A stretch of DNA of 64,000 nt, taken from Sedimentisphaerales bacterium. Its GTDB lineage: Bacteria; Planctomycetota; Phycisphaerae; Sedimentisphaerales; SM23-30. The notes beneath the pieces were generated by a model, which was not told the DNA's origin, searched no databases, and worked only from the letters and a program-made list of their open reading frames with translations. Both the position numbers and the translations under genes were made by a program. Location: assembly GCA_963663805.2 (NCBI GenBank), contig CAXXMR010000012.1:416001-480000 (forward strand). Reading direction: 5' to 3'. Of the stretch, positions 26,988 to 37,442 are shown in pieces (the stretch's first letter is position 1; every line of letters starts with the position of its first letter).

Positions 26988-27332
26988 ATGCTTTCAGTAG
27001 AAGAGATCAAAAATGGCCTGAATCAGTTTCATGGGACAGAGAATTACTGGAAAAACAATCTATTAACTTTTCGTTATACTGACGGGGTTAAATTTCTCCA
27101 TGAATCTTGCGAGGCATACTGGCTGCTCCAGGCGATCTCCAGTTATAAGAGAAAAGAGCATTTTCAGGCTTGGAAGTTAAAAGTAAAAGACCACTCTGCA
27201 ATTCTGACCATGAGGGAAGATACTGGAGAACCAGTAAAAGTAAGACAAGAAATAATATTTACCGATTTCCCCCTTCCCGAAATTACTTTGTGGTTAATTG
27301 ATGGTATTCTCATTCTTCCCTCCGAATATTAA
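26988..27332 (+). CDS. DUF6876-like protein
   Basis: FHGTENYW, YTDGVKFL, AYWLL..I.SY, TDFPL and terminal ILILPSEY pattern. Confidence 0.75.
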   Translation: MLSVEEIKNGLNQFHGTENYWKNNLLTFRYTDGVKFLHESCEAYWLLQAISSYKRKEHFQAWKLKVKDHSAILTMREDTGEPVKVRQEIIFTDFPLPEITLWLIDGILILPSEY

Positions 27333-27391
27333 TCCTACCAGAATGATAATTTTTAATCCTTATATTATTGCTGAAGAACTTTGGAGCAAAA

Positions 27392-27770
27392 AATGGATAC
27401 AAAAAAAGAACTCAAACCACTCTTGTCCTGGTTTCCATCAGATTTTGAAGAAGAAGATATTGAATTTGAGTGGGAATATTTGTTAGAACAATTAGATGAA
27501 CTCATTAAAGAAGTTAATTCTGAAGGATACTGGCTCTGTAAAGTAAGGAACTTCGGTTGGAGGAAAATATCTGGTCATGCATTTTTGCAATTTGAAACGG
27601 GAAACGAATTGGTCCAGAAGGTTCTTCCTGAGACAGAATGCAGTTTTAATGTTTTTCGGGAAAACAATATTATTAAAATTCAAAACTTTCATCATGATAG
27701 CCCAACTGGAAATGAGCATTATATATTAACTCCAATTAGTCAAGAACAGTTTGAAAACGAAGAAATATAA
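27392..27770 (+). CDS. Acidic hypothetical protein (phage/plasmid type)
   Basis: GGAG RBS before ATG 27392; NFGWRKISG and HHDSPTG segments; very E/D-rich. Confidence 0.7.
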
Positions 27771-27780
27771 GGAACATAAC

Positions 27781-28145
27781 ATGGACAAATATTTTGAAGT
27801 AGAAGCGACTGTTAGAATCCCAGAACAAAAAATAATGGATCTGATTGTGGCGGCAGTAGAAGGAGGATGTCATTATTGGGCAAGTTTCAAATTTCCTGAA
27901 AATTGGAAAGAAAAGTTTAAGTCTTATGAGTCTATTCCAATGAAGGGTGGCAAAATAGAAGTCTATGATGTTGAGACTGATGTATTGTTGGGATACTTAA
28001 ACAGGGCAACCATTCAATTAGGGCTTCAACTTATGGCTGATTGCAAGGACATGAAGGGGAAATCTGTTCCAGCCAGACATTTTGAGAATCTCGCCACAGA
28101 CAACGATGACGCTGAAACAGCAGACGTATTTCTTCAACTATCTAT
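27781..28145 (+). pseudogene. Hypothetical phage-type protein truncated at its 3' end by IS701
   Basis: AVEGGCHYWA...DAETADVFLQ reads directly into the IS terminal repeat. Confidence 0.6.
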
Positions 28146-29577
28146 TAGTAAACTTTCGCATTTTTGTTAACGTTTTTAAGCGGCTGGAGCTAATGCCTCC
28201 AGCAGGAACTCTAATTTTTTATCATGTACGGCCGAAATTCCGAACATCAATTTTATTCTTTCTCGCCAAAGCGTTCTTCTCAAGCACCCGATGGCATCAG
28301 CAAAGCTGGGAGCGGTTTTCTGGCAGTACCATGGCTGCACGATAAAATAACGATCCGCGGGTTTCTGCCGAAGATACCACAGCCACACCATCGAATACAG
28401 CCACAGGCTCAGACCCGTTGCCCGTTCGGGACCCTGGCCCTTGAACGTCTGTGGTTGCTGGCCGCCCAGCAGTTGTTTGGTGTTTTTGAAAGTGTCTTCT
28501 ATCGCCCAGCGATCGTTGTAGCACTCCAGCACTTCGACGGCCGTCATTTTTATATCGGTTGTAAAAAAGAAATCGTCTTTCTCTTTGCCTGCCGGATCGC
28601 GACTGATTACCAGCAGAACGGGGATGTGACTGACTTTGTACCACAGGACAACCCGAGTATAAACCAGACGTTCGGTAGTTCGGCCTCGTTGACGAAAGGT
28701 AACTGTTTGCCAGTTTTGAATATGGGCGGCCATCTTTTCCAGCTTGGCCAGTTTTTTGCCACGCTTGCGGGGCCTGCCGCGTTGTTTCTTTTGCCGTTTG
28801 GGCGGCAGGTCGTACAGGTTCGCGTCGCGTCGCAGCCGCGAAATAATCGTGGTTCTTTCCCGCGAAGTTCCGGCCAGAGTGGCGTAAAAACCATCTCCCA
28901 CGACCCGAAACCGCCTGTCGGGGAACCATTGCTCGACTTCTTTGATCATCTGCTCGGCCAGTTCGATAAGTGTATATTCCTTTTTGCGATGCAGTCGCAT
29001 ATTGATGGGCAAGCCCAGCGGTTCGCCACCCCAGGGCGGTTGAATTTGCAGGGTCAGCACCACCAGATTCAGGCCCCAGGCATAAACCACTTTGCTTTTG
29101 GTCGAGCGAACCGCATCCCTCCAATGGCCGGCTCCATCGACTTTGCGGCCGCTGCGGGGGAACAGCGTGTCGTCCAGAGCCAGGACAATCTGACCCTGGC
29201 GGCAAAACGTGCAAACCAATATTTGGGCCAGGACCTGCCACAGAACACTCATCTTCCACCGGGCGTCCGGCAGAAAGCGATGATAGGCGTCGTGGGCTCG
29301 CCATCCCAGCGGATCGGCGAAGGGAATAATGCCGGTAATTGTCCGCCGAGTGGTGCACAATACCCAGCCGGTCATCAGCCGAGCAAAAATATCGGCACCC
29401 GGTGCGGTAAAAATCGGAAAAAACTGCTGGACAAGCTCTGTCCATGTCGAGATAGTGAATGTAACGTTCATAGCAACCTCCGTGTTTTAGCTTTCCAATT
29501 AAATACATCGGATGGTTGCTATTTTTTTGCCAATAATTCATGCCGCTGGGCCGCCTAAAAAGTGCGAAAGTTTACAG
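28146..29577 (-). mobile_element. IS701-family insertion sequence
   Basis: Terminal inverted repeats GTAAACTTTCGCATTTTT (28148-28165) and AAAAAGTGCGAAAGTTTAC (29557-29575); flanks CTAT / CTAG. Confidence 0.85.
28176..29471 (-). CDS. IS701-family DDE transposase
   Basis: LALDDT, VVGDGFY, YNDRWAIEDTFKNTKQLLG. Confidence 0.9.
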   Translation of the reverse strand: MNVTFTISTWTELVQQFFPIFTAPGADIFARLMTGWVLCTTRRTITGIIPFADPLGWRAHDAYHRFLPDARWKMSVLWQVLAQILVCTFCRQGQIVLALDDTLFPRSGRKVDGAGHWRDAVRSTKSKVVYAWGLNLVVLTLQIQPPWGGEPLGLPINMRLHRKKEYTLIELAEQMIKEVEQWFPDRRFRVVGDGFYATLAGTSRERTTIISRLRRDANLYDLPPKRQKKQRGRPRKRGKKLAKLEKMAAHIQNWQTVTFRQRGRTTERLVYTRVVLWYKVSHIPVLLVISRDPAGKEKDDFFFTTDIKMTAVEVLECYNDRWAIEDTFKNTKQLLGGQQPQTFKGQGPERATGLSLWLYSMVWLWYLRQKPADRYFIVQPWYCQKTAPSFADAIGCLRRTLWRERIKLMFGISAVHDKKLEFLLEALAPAA

Positions 29578-30722
29578 CTAGTTATGGTGGTGGAATATGC
29601 CTTATGAGTACCGTTGATGCCGATATAATACACTCCATAGAAAACAGTATTGTCTGGGGCAATATACCTTTGGCTGCCTATATTGGAGAGAATATTTATG
29701 TGGGATCTTATGCTGATTTGAATGCCTCATACTGCGATTATGGCAGTTCTGATGGCGTGGCTAGTGTTGTCGGCAATATTTCGGTCGATCCAAAATTTGC
29801 TAGTTCCAGCAGTGATTATCATCTGAAGTCAGTTGGTGGTCATTATGATGTGAGTACAGGTGCTTATATTCCCGATACATTAACCAGCTTATGCATTGAC
29901 GCAGGCGATCCCGCTAGCGTTTACAGCAATGAACCTTCGCCTAATGGTGGCCGGGTTAATATGGGATATTATGGCAATACTACTCAGGCATCAAAGTCAG
30001 ACACTTCGCCACCCGCTAAAGCGACCAACCCAATTCCCAATGATAAATCGGAAAACAATAGTACATCATCTGTCTTAGAATGGACTCCTGGGACGGGAGC
30101 TACGTCACATAGAGTTTATTTTGGGACAGATTCTTCACCTGATTCAGGCGAATTTAAAATTGAACAGAGTACTACGGCCTACGCCCCAGGACAACTCAAT
30201 TCAAGTACAACTTATTATTGGCGCATTGACGAAGTTAATCAATATGGGACCACTAGCGGAGATGTTTGGGAATTCGGGACGGGGTCTCGGATGATCTATG
30301 TTGATGATGTTGCCACGAATGGAAATGGCACCTTGGCAAGTCCTTACAACAGAATCCAGTCTGGTATCAATGCCGCCTCTAGCGGAGATACAGTAATTGT
30401 GCGTAATGGAACATACTATGGCACAAATAACAAGGATCTCTATCTGAATTCGAGTGTAATAACAGTCAAAAGTGAAAATGGCCCTTTTAGCTGCACAATT
30501 GATTGTCAAAACTCCGGGCGAGGTTTCCTATTAAATAATAGCGGTGCATCAAATTCTATAATAAATGGTTTTACTATTAAAGATGGGAACACATCCAACG
30601 GAGGTGGTATATACATATCTGGTACCAATCCAATAGTTGCCAACTGTATTGTAAGAGATAATAACGCCGGTAGCTATGGCGGTGGAGTGTATATCAGTTC
30701 TAGCCAGGCATATACAAAACTT
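29578..30722 (+). pseudogene. Fragment 1 of a large secreted beta-helix (pectin-lyase-like) / Fn3-like surface protein
   Basis: CIDAGDP...EPSPNGGRVNMGYYGNT, TYYWRIDEVN...GDVWEF, IQSGINAASSGDTVIVRNGTY, GGGIY repeats; no start, cut by IS on both sides. Confidence 0.8.
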
Positions 30723-32312
30723 GTAACACTTTAGCCAAGTGAAGCAGAGAACTCCGCGAGTTTTGGCAATTTGCCGGTTTTGATGTATGTTCGCAGGGCT
30801 TTTTTGATGGTAGCAACCGGGTTTAGGCCGCGTTGTTTCAGGGTAAAAAACACGCTCATCAGCACCGATTGCGTTCGGGCTCCACGGTCGCTGCGGTTGT
30901 TATAGCTGTTCTTTCGCATGATCACCGCGCCGCGAATGCTGCGTTCGCCAAAATTATTATCGAACGGCACCTCGCGATTGCTCAGAAAAGTGAACAGCTC
31001 ATCATGATGGCGTTTCAAACGCTTAATCAACCGCTGAGCTTCCTTGTTCGACCACTCATGCGCGATAATAAGATCCAAGCGTTTTTCGATTCGTTGGCAG
31101 CGCCGCTGGTAAACCGTCGCATCCAGTTCATCGATGCGTTTACGCAGGCGTATCGCGTCGCGAATTAATCGTTTGAGTTTTTTGGAGAACCTCGGCCAAT
31201 CGCCGCTGTGGTCTTTGGCTTTCCAGACTCGCTCCAAATCACGCAGTAAGTGAACCAGGCACTTTTGTTTGGCGCATGACAATACATTGTAAGCATACCA
31301 GAAGTCACTTACGAACACGCCGTTGAAACATTCTTTGATAAATTCCAAAACCACCGGCCCGGCCCGCGACTGCTCGACCGTAAAAATCGTGGCTTGATGG
31401 CTGGTAAAGCACCATAACCAATGCGTTTTACCGTTTACCCGCCAGCCGGTCTCATCGCCGTGCAGGACACCGGCTTTTTGAATGTCCTCGATTATTTCTT
31501 CGTACCAGGCCAGGAGTATATCCGCTAAACGATGCCACATCTGGACTAATCCGCCCGGCGACATCTTAAACCGGAGATGAAAATTAAACACCTCCAGGAT
31601 CTGCGCTATCGTATTGCCCAACGCAAAGTGGAGCCAGGCACACAAAACCACAATACCATTGCCAATAGATGATTTTGGCAGAGCATCGGTTACGATCGGC
31701 TCAACCGCCTTGCGACAGTTCGGACACCAGTCGCGATGAATAACATGCTTTACCGTCTCAACGCGAACATCTTCCGGGATGTCTTCGATGATTCGTTCAC
31801 GTGTGCCGGAACATTTTTTCAGTTCGCCGCCGCAGTCCGGACAACATGAAGCGCGATGTTCTTCGGTACGGTCTATTTGGGTCGGCAGATTGCGGCGAGT
31901 ACCTTGATGCCCTTTTTTACGGCCAAACTTTTTGCCGCGTTTTTTATCTGTTTTGTTCGGCTTGACAAAAACCGGCTTCTGACCTGAGGGACACGAAGGA
32001 TCAGCCGGACTGCCGGCAACTAACGTACCTTGTGTTTTTTCCGCTGCCAGTTTCGACAGTCTCAGCAAAACAAAAACCACCGCCTCTCTGCCTTGCTCGT
32101 AAATAAGCTCAGCCTGCTCCGCAGTCAATTCCTGCTCTAAGGCCAGGTCGGCGATAGCCTGTTCAGCATTCGGCTTCATCATGCTGAAACTATAAACCAT
32201 TACACGCAATAGCGCAAATTACCCATCTTAACATTTTGAAGTTTTTTTGTCTTTTTTTTGCACAAGCCAACCCAAAAGCTATAGAATTTGCTTCACTTGG
32301 CTAAAATGTTAC
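30723..32312 (-). mobile_element. IS66-family element, single-ORF (ISBst12-like) type
   Basis: 24-bp IRs GTAACACTTTAGCCAAGTGAAGCA / TGCTTCACTTGGCTAAAATGTTAC (23/24); target duplication CAAAACTT / AAAAACTT. Confidence 0.9.
30731..32209 (-). CDS. IS66-family transposase
   Basis: CPDCG..CPNC zinc finger, HGDETGW, SDFWYAY, QKCLVHLLRD, DNNFGERSIR. Confidence 0.92.
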   Translation of the reverse strand: MRVMVYSFSMMKPNAEQAIADLALEQELTAEQAELIYEQGREAVVFVLLRLSKLAAEKTQGTLVAGSPADPSCPSGQKPVFVKPNKTDKKRGKKFGRKKGHQGTRRNLPTQIDRTEEHRASCCPDCGGELKKCSGTRERIIEDIPEDVRVETVKHVIHRDWCPNCRKAVEPIVTDALPKSSIGNGIVVLCAWLHFALGNTIAQILEVFNFHLRFKMSPGGLVQMWHRLADILLAWYEEIIEDIQKAGVLHGDETGWRVNGKTHWLWCFTSHQATIFTVEQSRAGPVVLEFIKECFNGVFVSDFWYAYNVLSCAKQKCLVHLLRDLERVWKAKDHSGDWPRFSKKLKRLIRDAIRLRKRIDELDATVYQRRCQRIEKRLDLIIAHEWSNKEAQRLIKRLKRHHDELFTFLSNREVPFDNNFGERSIRGAVIMRKNSYNNRSDRGARTQSVLMSVFFTLKQRGLNPVATIKKALRTYIKTGKLPKLAEFSASLG

Positions 32313-32718
32313 AAAAACTTATAAATTGTGTTATTTCGGAGAATAGCTCATTTAATAATGGTGGTGGATTATATCTTGCTAATGGTCCTGTGCAAGTTAC
32401 AAATTGTACGATATCAAATAATCAGACTTCCTCCAAAGGCGGTGGACTATATGTAATTAATTCAGCTACGACGATATTGAATAGTATTTTTGAGAGTAAT
32501 ATTGCATCTGGTATTGGGAATGGTGATGAATTCTATCACGCAGGAACTGCTTGGGGCGCCAGTATTGATTATAGTTCTGTTGATGATGGTTATTATCCGG
32601 GGACAAGTCATCCTAGATGCTCATGGGATGGGGCACCATACACAACGTCGGCACATATGCTTGGTACGGCCGCGGACTTAAATCCTTTGTTAACAAATTC
32701 ACCTTCGCCTTACTATTA
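32313..32718 (+). pseudogene. Fragment 2 of the beta-helix surface protein
   Basis: Removing the IS66 plus one target duplication restores the frame ...AYTKL|INCVISENSSFNNGGGLY... Confidence 0.8.
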
Positions 32719-32798
32719 GTAAGGTTCCGGCCAAGTGCATCTTGCGGGGTTCTTTGAAAAATTGATAATACGGCTCATGATTTAATGGAGAGGCAATC

Positions 32799-33149
32799 AT
32801 GGGCAAAGCGCGAAAATCTGATACGGAACAGCGGCAGTTTTGGCGGATGGTGCTGGAGACATTTCAATCCAGTGGGTTATCCGTTCGTCAGTTTTGTCGG
32901 CAGGAAGGTTTATCTGAGCCATCTTTTTATTCCTGGCGCAGGCGTCTGACCCAAGCCCGAAACTCTGATTACGACAGCAAGTCAGAGGCGCAGCCGGAGG
33001 CCTTCATTCGCGTTTCGATGCCCCCGTCCCAGCCCGGTTCTCTGGAGCTTGTTCTGGCGGCTGGCCATACATTGCGGATACCTTCAAATATCGACGATGC
33101 ATTTTTAACCGGCGTTCTTTCCGCGCTAAAACAGGCAAAGCTATGCTAA
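32799..33149 (+). CDS. tnpA: IS66 accessory protein TnpA
   Basis: SGLSVRQFCRQEGLSEPSFYSWRRRL HTH. Confidence 0.88.
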   Translation: MGKARKSDTEQRQFWRMVLETFQSSGLSVRQFCRQEGLSEPSFYSWRRRLTQARNSDYDSKSEAQPEAFIRVSMPPSQPGSLELVLAAGHTLRIPSNIDDAFLTGVLSALKQAKLC

Positions 33150-33502
33150 CTCTGCCCCCGGCGGTGAAGATTTTCATTTACTCTCAGCCGACGGATATGC
33201 GTTGCGGTTTTAACAAGCTTTCGATGCTGGCGGAAAACTTCATGCTTCAAGATTCGTTCAGCGGCCATCTGTTTGTGTTCTTCAATAAACGCGGCGACAA
33301 ATGTAAGATTCTTTTCTGGGACCGCACCGGATTCGTCGTTTGGTATAAGCGGCTGGAGGAAGGCACGTTTGAAAAAATCCCCGGCAAAAATAATCAGGCA
33401 TCAATCGAAGTTGATATTGCCAAGCTAAGCTGGATACTGGAAGGCATTGATTTATTTCGCAGTCGCCGCCGAAAACGCTATGAGCGTAAAAGCTCGCTAT
33501 AG
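33143..33502 (+). CDS. tnpB: IS66 accessory protein TnpB
   Basis: PTDMRCGF, LFVFFNKRGDKCKILFWDRTGFVVWYKRLEEGTF. Confidence 0.92.
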   Translation: MLTLPPAVKIFIYSQPTDMRCGFNKLSMLAENFMLQDSFSGHLFVFFNKRGDKCKILFWDRTGFVVWYKRLEEGTFEKIPGKNNQASIEVDIAKLSWILEGIDLFRSRRRKRYERKSSL

Positions 33503-33615
33503 GCTCTTAGAGTTAAGAATATTACATATTTTCTCATTTTTATGCTTGCTTTTTTCATCATTTCGCTTATCATAATCTCATCGTTAAGGATGACGAAGTT
33601 ACTAAACGTTACGGA

Positions 33616-35142
33616 TTGATGATGGCTGAAAAGATAACCGCTCAAAGCTCTGTCGAGCAGCTTCCCGATGATGTTGCCACTCTTAAAGAGATGGTTCTGA
33701 CGCTGTTGGGTCAGATTGATGATCTCAGCGGCCAGTTGTATTATCTCAAGCGGCAGTTGTTCGGCAAGAAAAGCGAAAAGCTCGATCCGGCTCAGCGTTT
33801 GTTGTTTGAAAATCTTTACGAGGAAGTTCAACAGAAGATTGAACAGCAGAAGCCCTCACGCGCCAAGGTTGTTAAAGGCCGTAAGAAAGCTAATCATCAG
33901 GGCCGCAAACCGCTGCCGGAAAATTTGCGTCGCGAAACTATCGACATTGAACCTGCCGAAGAAGAAAAAACCTGCCCGGTATGCCATAACGAAAAACAGC
34001 GAATCGGCGAGGAGGTAACCGAAAAGCTGGATTATGTGCCCGCATCTTTTTATGTTCAGCGTTATGTCAGAAGCAAATACGCCTGCAAGGTTTGCGAGAA
34101 TAATATCTCAATCGGCGAACTGCCGCCCATGGCGATCGACAAAGGCATTCCCGCTGAAGGCCTGCTGGCGTATATCATAACGAGTAAGTATGCAGACCAT
34201 CAGCCGCTGAACCGTCTGGAAGGTATTATTAAGCGGCACGGCGTGGAAATAAATGTGTCAACCATGTGCGACTGGGTGGGCAGTTGCGCGGATCTGCTGG
34301 AACCGCTGGTCAAACGTATGCGGGAGAAGATTCAACAGTCGGAAATCATTTATACCGATGATACTTCCATCCCCATCAAGAGCAAAAAGCGTAAAGGATC
34401 CACGTATAGGGGCTATTTGTGGGTTTATATCGATGCCGATTATAATGTGGCGTTTGATTTTACGCCGACGCGTTCGCGCGAAGGCCCGCTAAATTTTATC
34501 GGCAGAGATTATCAGGGTTTTGTGCATGCCGATGCTTATAGCGGCTACGATGCACTGTTTCGGACTACCGATGCTGTTGAGGTGGCTTGTAATGCGCATG
34601 CGCGTCGGAAGTTTGAATATGCTTTAGACTGCGACCCGGTGCGAGCGGCACATTTTATGGTGCTCTGGGGCAGGCTTTATGAAATTGAGCGACGAGCCAA
34701 AGTGGAAAAATATTCGCTGGAGCAGCTTCTAAAATCGCGTCAGGAAGAAGCCCTGCCAATCTTTGCCGAGATTCGAGCTAAGCTGGAAGAGTATCAGGGA
34801 CAGGCTCTGCCTAAAAACAATATGGGCAAAGCCGTCACCTACGCTCTGAACCAGTGGAATGCCCTGGTTCGCTATACCAGCGACCCGCATTTGAGCATCG
34901 ATAATAATCTTTCGGAACGAACGCTGAGAATGGTAGTCATTGGCCGAAAAAATTATATGTTCGCCGGCAGCGAAGCCGGAGCCGAACGCGCCGCTATAAT
35001 CTATAGCCTGGTCGCCGGCTGCAAACTACACAATCACGACCCATTCGCGTATTTCAATGATGTCCTCAGAAAAATCTCCACCACCGGCGCCAACCAAATC
35101 GACACCCTCCTGCCCGCCAACTGGAAAACCCCGCAAAATTAA
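33616..35142 (+). CDS. tnpC: IS66 transposase TnpC
   Basis: FGKKSEK, SKYADHQPLNR, DDT, ADAYSGY, CNAHARRKF, IDNNLSER, GRKNYMFAGS. Confidence 0.95.
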   Translation: MMMAEKITAQSSVEQLPDDVATLKEMVLTLLGQIDDLSGQLYYLKRQLFGKKSEKLDPAQRLLFENLYEEVQQKIEQQKPSRAKVVKGRKKANHQGRKPLPENLRRETIDIEPAEEEKTCPVCHNEKQRIGEEVTEKLDYVPASFYVQRYVRSKYACKVCENNISIGELPPMAIDKGIPAEGLLAYIITSKYADHQPLNRLEGIIKRHGVEINVSTMCDWVGSCADLLEPLVKRMREKIQQSEIIYTDDTSIPIKSKKRKGSTYRGYLWVYIDADYNVAFDFTPTRSREGPLNFIGRDYQGFVHADAYSGYDALFRTTDAVEVACNAHARRKFEYALDCDPVRAAHFMVLWGRLYEIERRAKVEKYSLEQLLKSRQEEALPIFAEIRAKLEEYQGQALPKNNMGKAVTYALNQWNALVRYTSDPHLSIDNNLSERTLRMVVIGRKNYMFAGSEAGAERAAIIYSLVAGCKLHNHDPFAYFNDVLRKISTTGANQIDTLLPANWKTPQN

Positions 35143-35200
35143 CCCGCCCCAACCGCAATCCACCAATTGTCAGCCAAGGTGTACTTGGCCGGAAACTTAC

Positions 35201-35404
35201 TGTCAAGGTACAAGTTCCAGTGTTAATTTTGTTTTATGTACTATTGGGACACTGGGGGCAAATAAAGCAAATAATAACCCTGCTCACCCTAGTGCAGAGA
35301 TGTTTTTTGATTATATCGGTAACGCTCCGACGTTTATTAGCTGTTCCATCCGTGGCGGAACAGATCTGTATGTCAATCCTTATTGCGATTGGCCGGGCAA
35401 ATAA
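35201..35404 (+). pseudogene. Probable C-terminal remnant of a surface protein
   Basis: Open frame CQGTSSSVNFVLCTIG...CDWPGK* starting at the IS end. Confidence 0.45.
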
Positions 35405-35438
35405 GGTATGGCAATTTGTTGATAGAAAGGCTAAAAGC

Positions 35439-36524
35439 ATGAATATCGCAACCAAAATAAAGATACTCTTTCTCTCTGTTACGCTTTTTTTGCTGCCCTC
35501 TTTGTCTGGAGCAGAAATGGCGAACTACAATTTAGACGTCATCAGTTCGCAAAGTGATTACGCATTCTTTACCACCACAAATGCGATTAACGATCTTGGC
35601 CAGGTAGTTGGTGTGGGGCAGGTCGGCAGCACACAATATCCTTTAAGTTGGGATATTGGCGATGGATTCACCACTCTTACTAATCCAGGAGTTGCTGGTG
35701 GAATAAATAATCTGGGACAACTTATAATATCCAATTCTTTTCGGGTATATGATTCTGACGGCACAGAACTATACTCACATGATGTCTACGACGGCATAGG
35801 AACCGACATTAACAATAACACAGAAGTCGCCGGTGTCACATTCTTTAATGGGAGTCTATATCACCATGCGTTTTTGTGGGACGAAACGAATGGCATGGAA
35901 GACCTTGGTACGCTTGGCGGTGATTGGTCTTTTGCTCACGCAATCAACGACAATGGTCATGTGGTCGGCAGAAGTACCGTTGAAGGCGGATTAATCGCAG
36001 ACCAATACGCCTTTTTGTGGACAAGAGATGATGGTATAATGAACCTTGGCGTACTTTCAGGAATAGGTTCTGCTAGTGAGGCTTATGATATTAACAACAA
36101 TAACAAAGTCATTGGCGTATCTTATTCCAGTACCATCGGCCGAGCCTTTATCTGGGATAGTGTTAATGGCATGCAGAATCTGGGCACTTTGCTAAACAGC
36201 AGTTCTGCGGTTGCCGTCAATGATTCTGATCTGGTAATTGGTAATTGCCATGGACTGAACGGCGAGTCGCTTGGCTTTATATGGTCAGAGGCGGACGGTA
36301 TGGTTGATCTTTCTGATTTACTAAGCAACCCTTACAGTAGCTATGACATTCTGGATGTATATGACATTAATAACAACAATCAGATTGTTGCTTTGGCAGA
36401 GCTGGATGGTGTGGAATACCATGTTCTGCTTACTCCTGTGCCAGAGCCGATTAGTTTGTTAATGTTAACCATGGGTAGTTTTGCTGTTTTGCGAAGAAAA
36501 GCTAACCGGCGGTTCTTCCATTGA
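35439..36524 (+). CDS. HAF-repeat extracellular protein with PEP-CTERM sorting signal
   Basis: Signal peptide, HAFLWDETNGMEDLGTLGG-type repeats, C-terminal VPEPISLLMLTMGSFAVLRRK. Confidence 0.9.
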   Translation: MNIATKIKILFLSVTLFLLPSLSGAEMANYNLDVISSQSDYAFFTTTNAINDLGQVVGVGQVGSTQYPLSWDIGDGFTTLTNPGVAGGINNLGQLIISNSFRVYDSDGTELYSHDVYDGIGTDINNNTEVAGVTFFNGSLYHHAFLWDETNGMEDLGTLGGDWSFAHAINDNGHVVGRSTVEGGLIADQYAFLWTRDDGIMNLGVLSGIGSASEAYDINNNNKVIGVSYSSTIGRAFIWDSVNGMQNLGTLLNSSSAVAVNDSDLVIGNCHGLNGESLGFIWSEADGMVDLSDLLSNPYSSYDILDVYDINNNNQIVALAELDGVEYHVLLTPVPEPISLLMLTMGSFAVLRRKANRRFFH

Positions 36525-37277
36525 TGTTGGCGGCAGGAACTTATTATCCTGATCCAACAGGCTTGGGTGATTCTCGCGACGCTATTTTTGCTCTTGTCGC
36601 AGAGGCGGAGGTTTATGGGGGCTGGGCTGGTACAGAGTCTTATCTTGATGAGCGTGATTCTTTTGAAAATGAAACTATACTAAGCGGCGATTTAAATGGG
36701 GACGATTTGGCTGGCTTTGGGAATCGAACAGACAACAGCTATCAAGTTGTTCAAAGTGCAACTAACGCTCTGCTGGATGGTTTTACGGTGAAGGCAGGTT
36801 ATAACGCGGACATGACGGGCGGTGCGGGAGCAGGCGTGTTTGTTAATACAGATATGCAAATAAGAAATTGTCGCATTGAGGACAACTGGGCCAATAGTTA
36901 TGGCGGTGGTGTCTATATTGAGGACTCCGCGGTTACAATGGGCAATTGTTTGATTGTCGGCAATAGAGCCCATAATGGTACAAATGCATATGGAGGCGGG
37001 ATTTTTGCATACTACTCGGCGGGGAATGAGGCTAAAGAGTTTGTCATCGGGAATTGCACGGTTTCTGATAATATTTCAACAAATGAAAGCTTCCGGCTGG
37101 GTGACAGATACTTCCCATAGTATCTGTATTGACGCGGGTGACCCAGGCGAGAGCGTCAATTTTGAGCCAACGCCCAATGGCGGCATAATCAATATGGGCT
37201 ATTATGGGGGGACTGGATATGCGTCGAAAAATGAAGGTATTGATTTTTGCCTGGGTTTTGGGGTAAAGGTTGGGTGA
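36521..37277 (+). pseudogene. Frameshifted fragment of a beta-helix surface protein
   Basis: ETILSGDLNGDD, LDGFTV, GGGVY repeats in one frame; CIDAGDP..EPTPNGGIINMGYYGGT continues in another frame near 37090; no signal peptide. Confidence 0.7.
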
Positions 37278-37287
37278 GGGTGGGCTA

Positions 37288-37316
37288 ATCCGGCGGCTTA
37301 CGCGGCTCGGCTTTTG
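37288..37316. repeat. REP-like dispersed intergenic repeat, copy 1
   Basis: ATCCGGCGGCTTACGCGGCTCGGCTTTTG, 27/29 identical to 46482-46510. Confidence 0.65.
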
Positions 37317-37442
37317 TTTTTTTTTTGGGGGGGGGGATATTGCTGCATGGCGAAAGGGCGGTTAGGCAATTTCATTGTCAGGAGTATCTGGAGTGCTTAT
37401 ACTCAGGGCTGGAATCATTAACATACCTGATGGAGAAGATCG

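Larger units (their letters stand above)
1805..28145. mobile_element. tRNA-His-integrated genomic island / integrative element (right end truncated at IS701)
   Basis: Integrase directly after the tRNA, Xis-like gene, R-M and phage/plasmid-type cargo, visibly AT-rich relative to flanks; no attR copy of the tRNA 3' end noticed. Confidence 0.85.
32719..35200 (+). mobile_element. IS66-family element (tnpA-tnpB-tnpC)
   Basis: IRs GTAAGGTTCCGGCCAAGTGCA / TGTACTTGGCCGGAAACTTAC; flanks TACTATTA vs TGTCAAGG show no target duplication. Confidence 0.92.

Noticed and set aside
1805..28145. Intact prophage or complete conjugative ICE
   Set aside because: No terminase, capsid, tail, relaxase or T4SS genes recognised; such genes may have been lost with the right end
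28224..29558. Two additional >400-aa ORFs (28224-29558 + and 28297-29541 -) overlapping the IS701 transposase
   Set aside because: No recognisable motifs and fully nested in a GC-rich transposase gene; treated as shadow frames, though their length is unusual
28142..32722. Identical CTATTAGTAA at the left junctions of IS701 and the second IS66, suggesting a composite transposon
   Set aside because: Part of the match is the IS ends themselves (GTAA); the elements belong to different families and the rest is a short AT-rich coincidence
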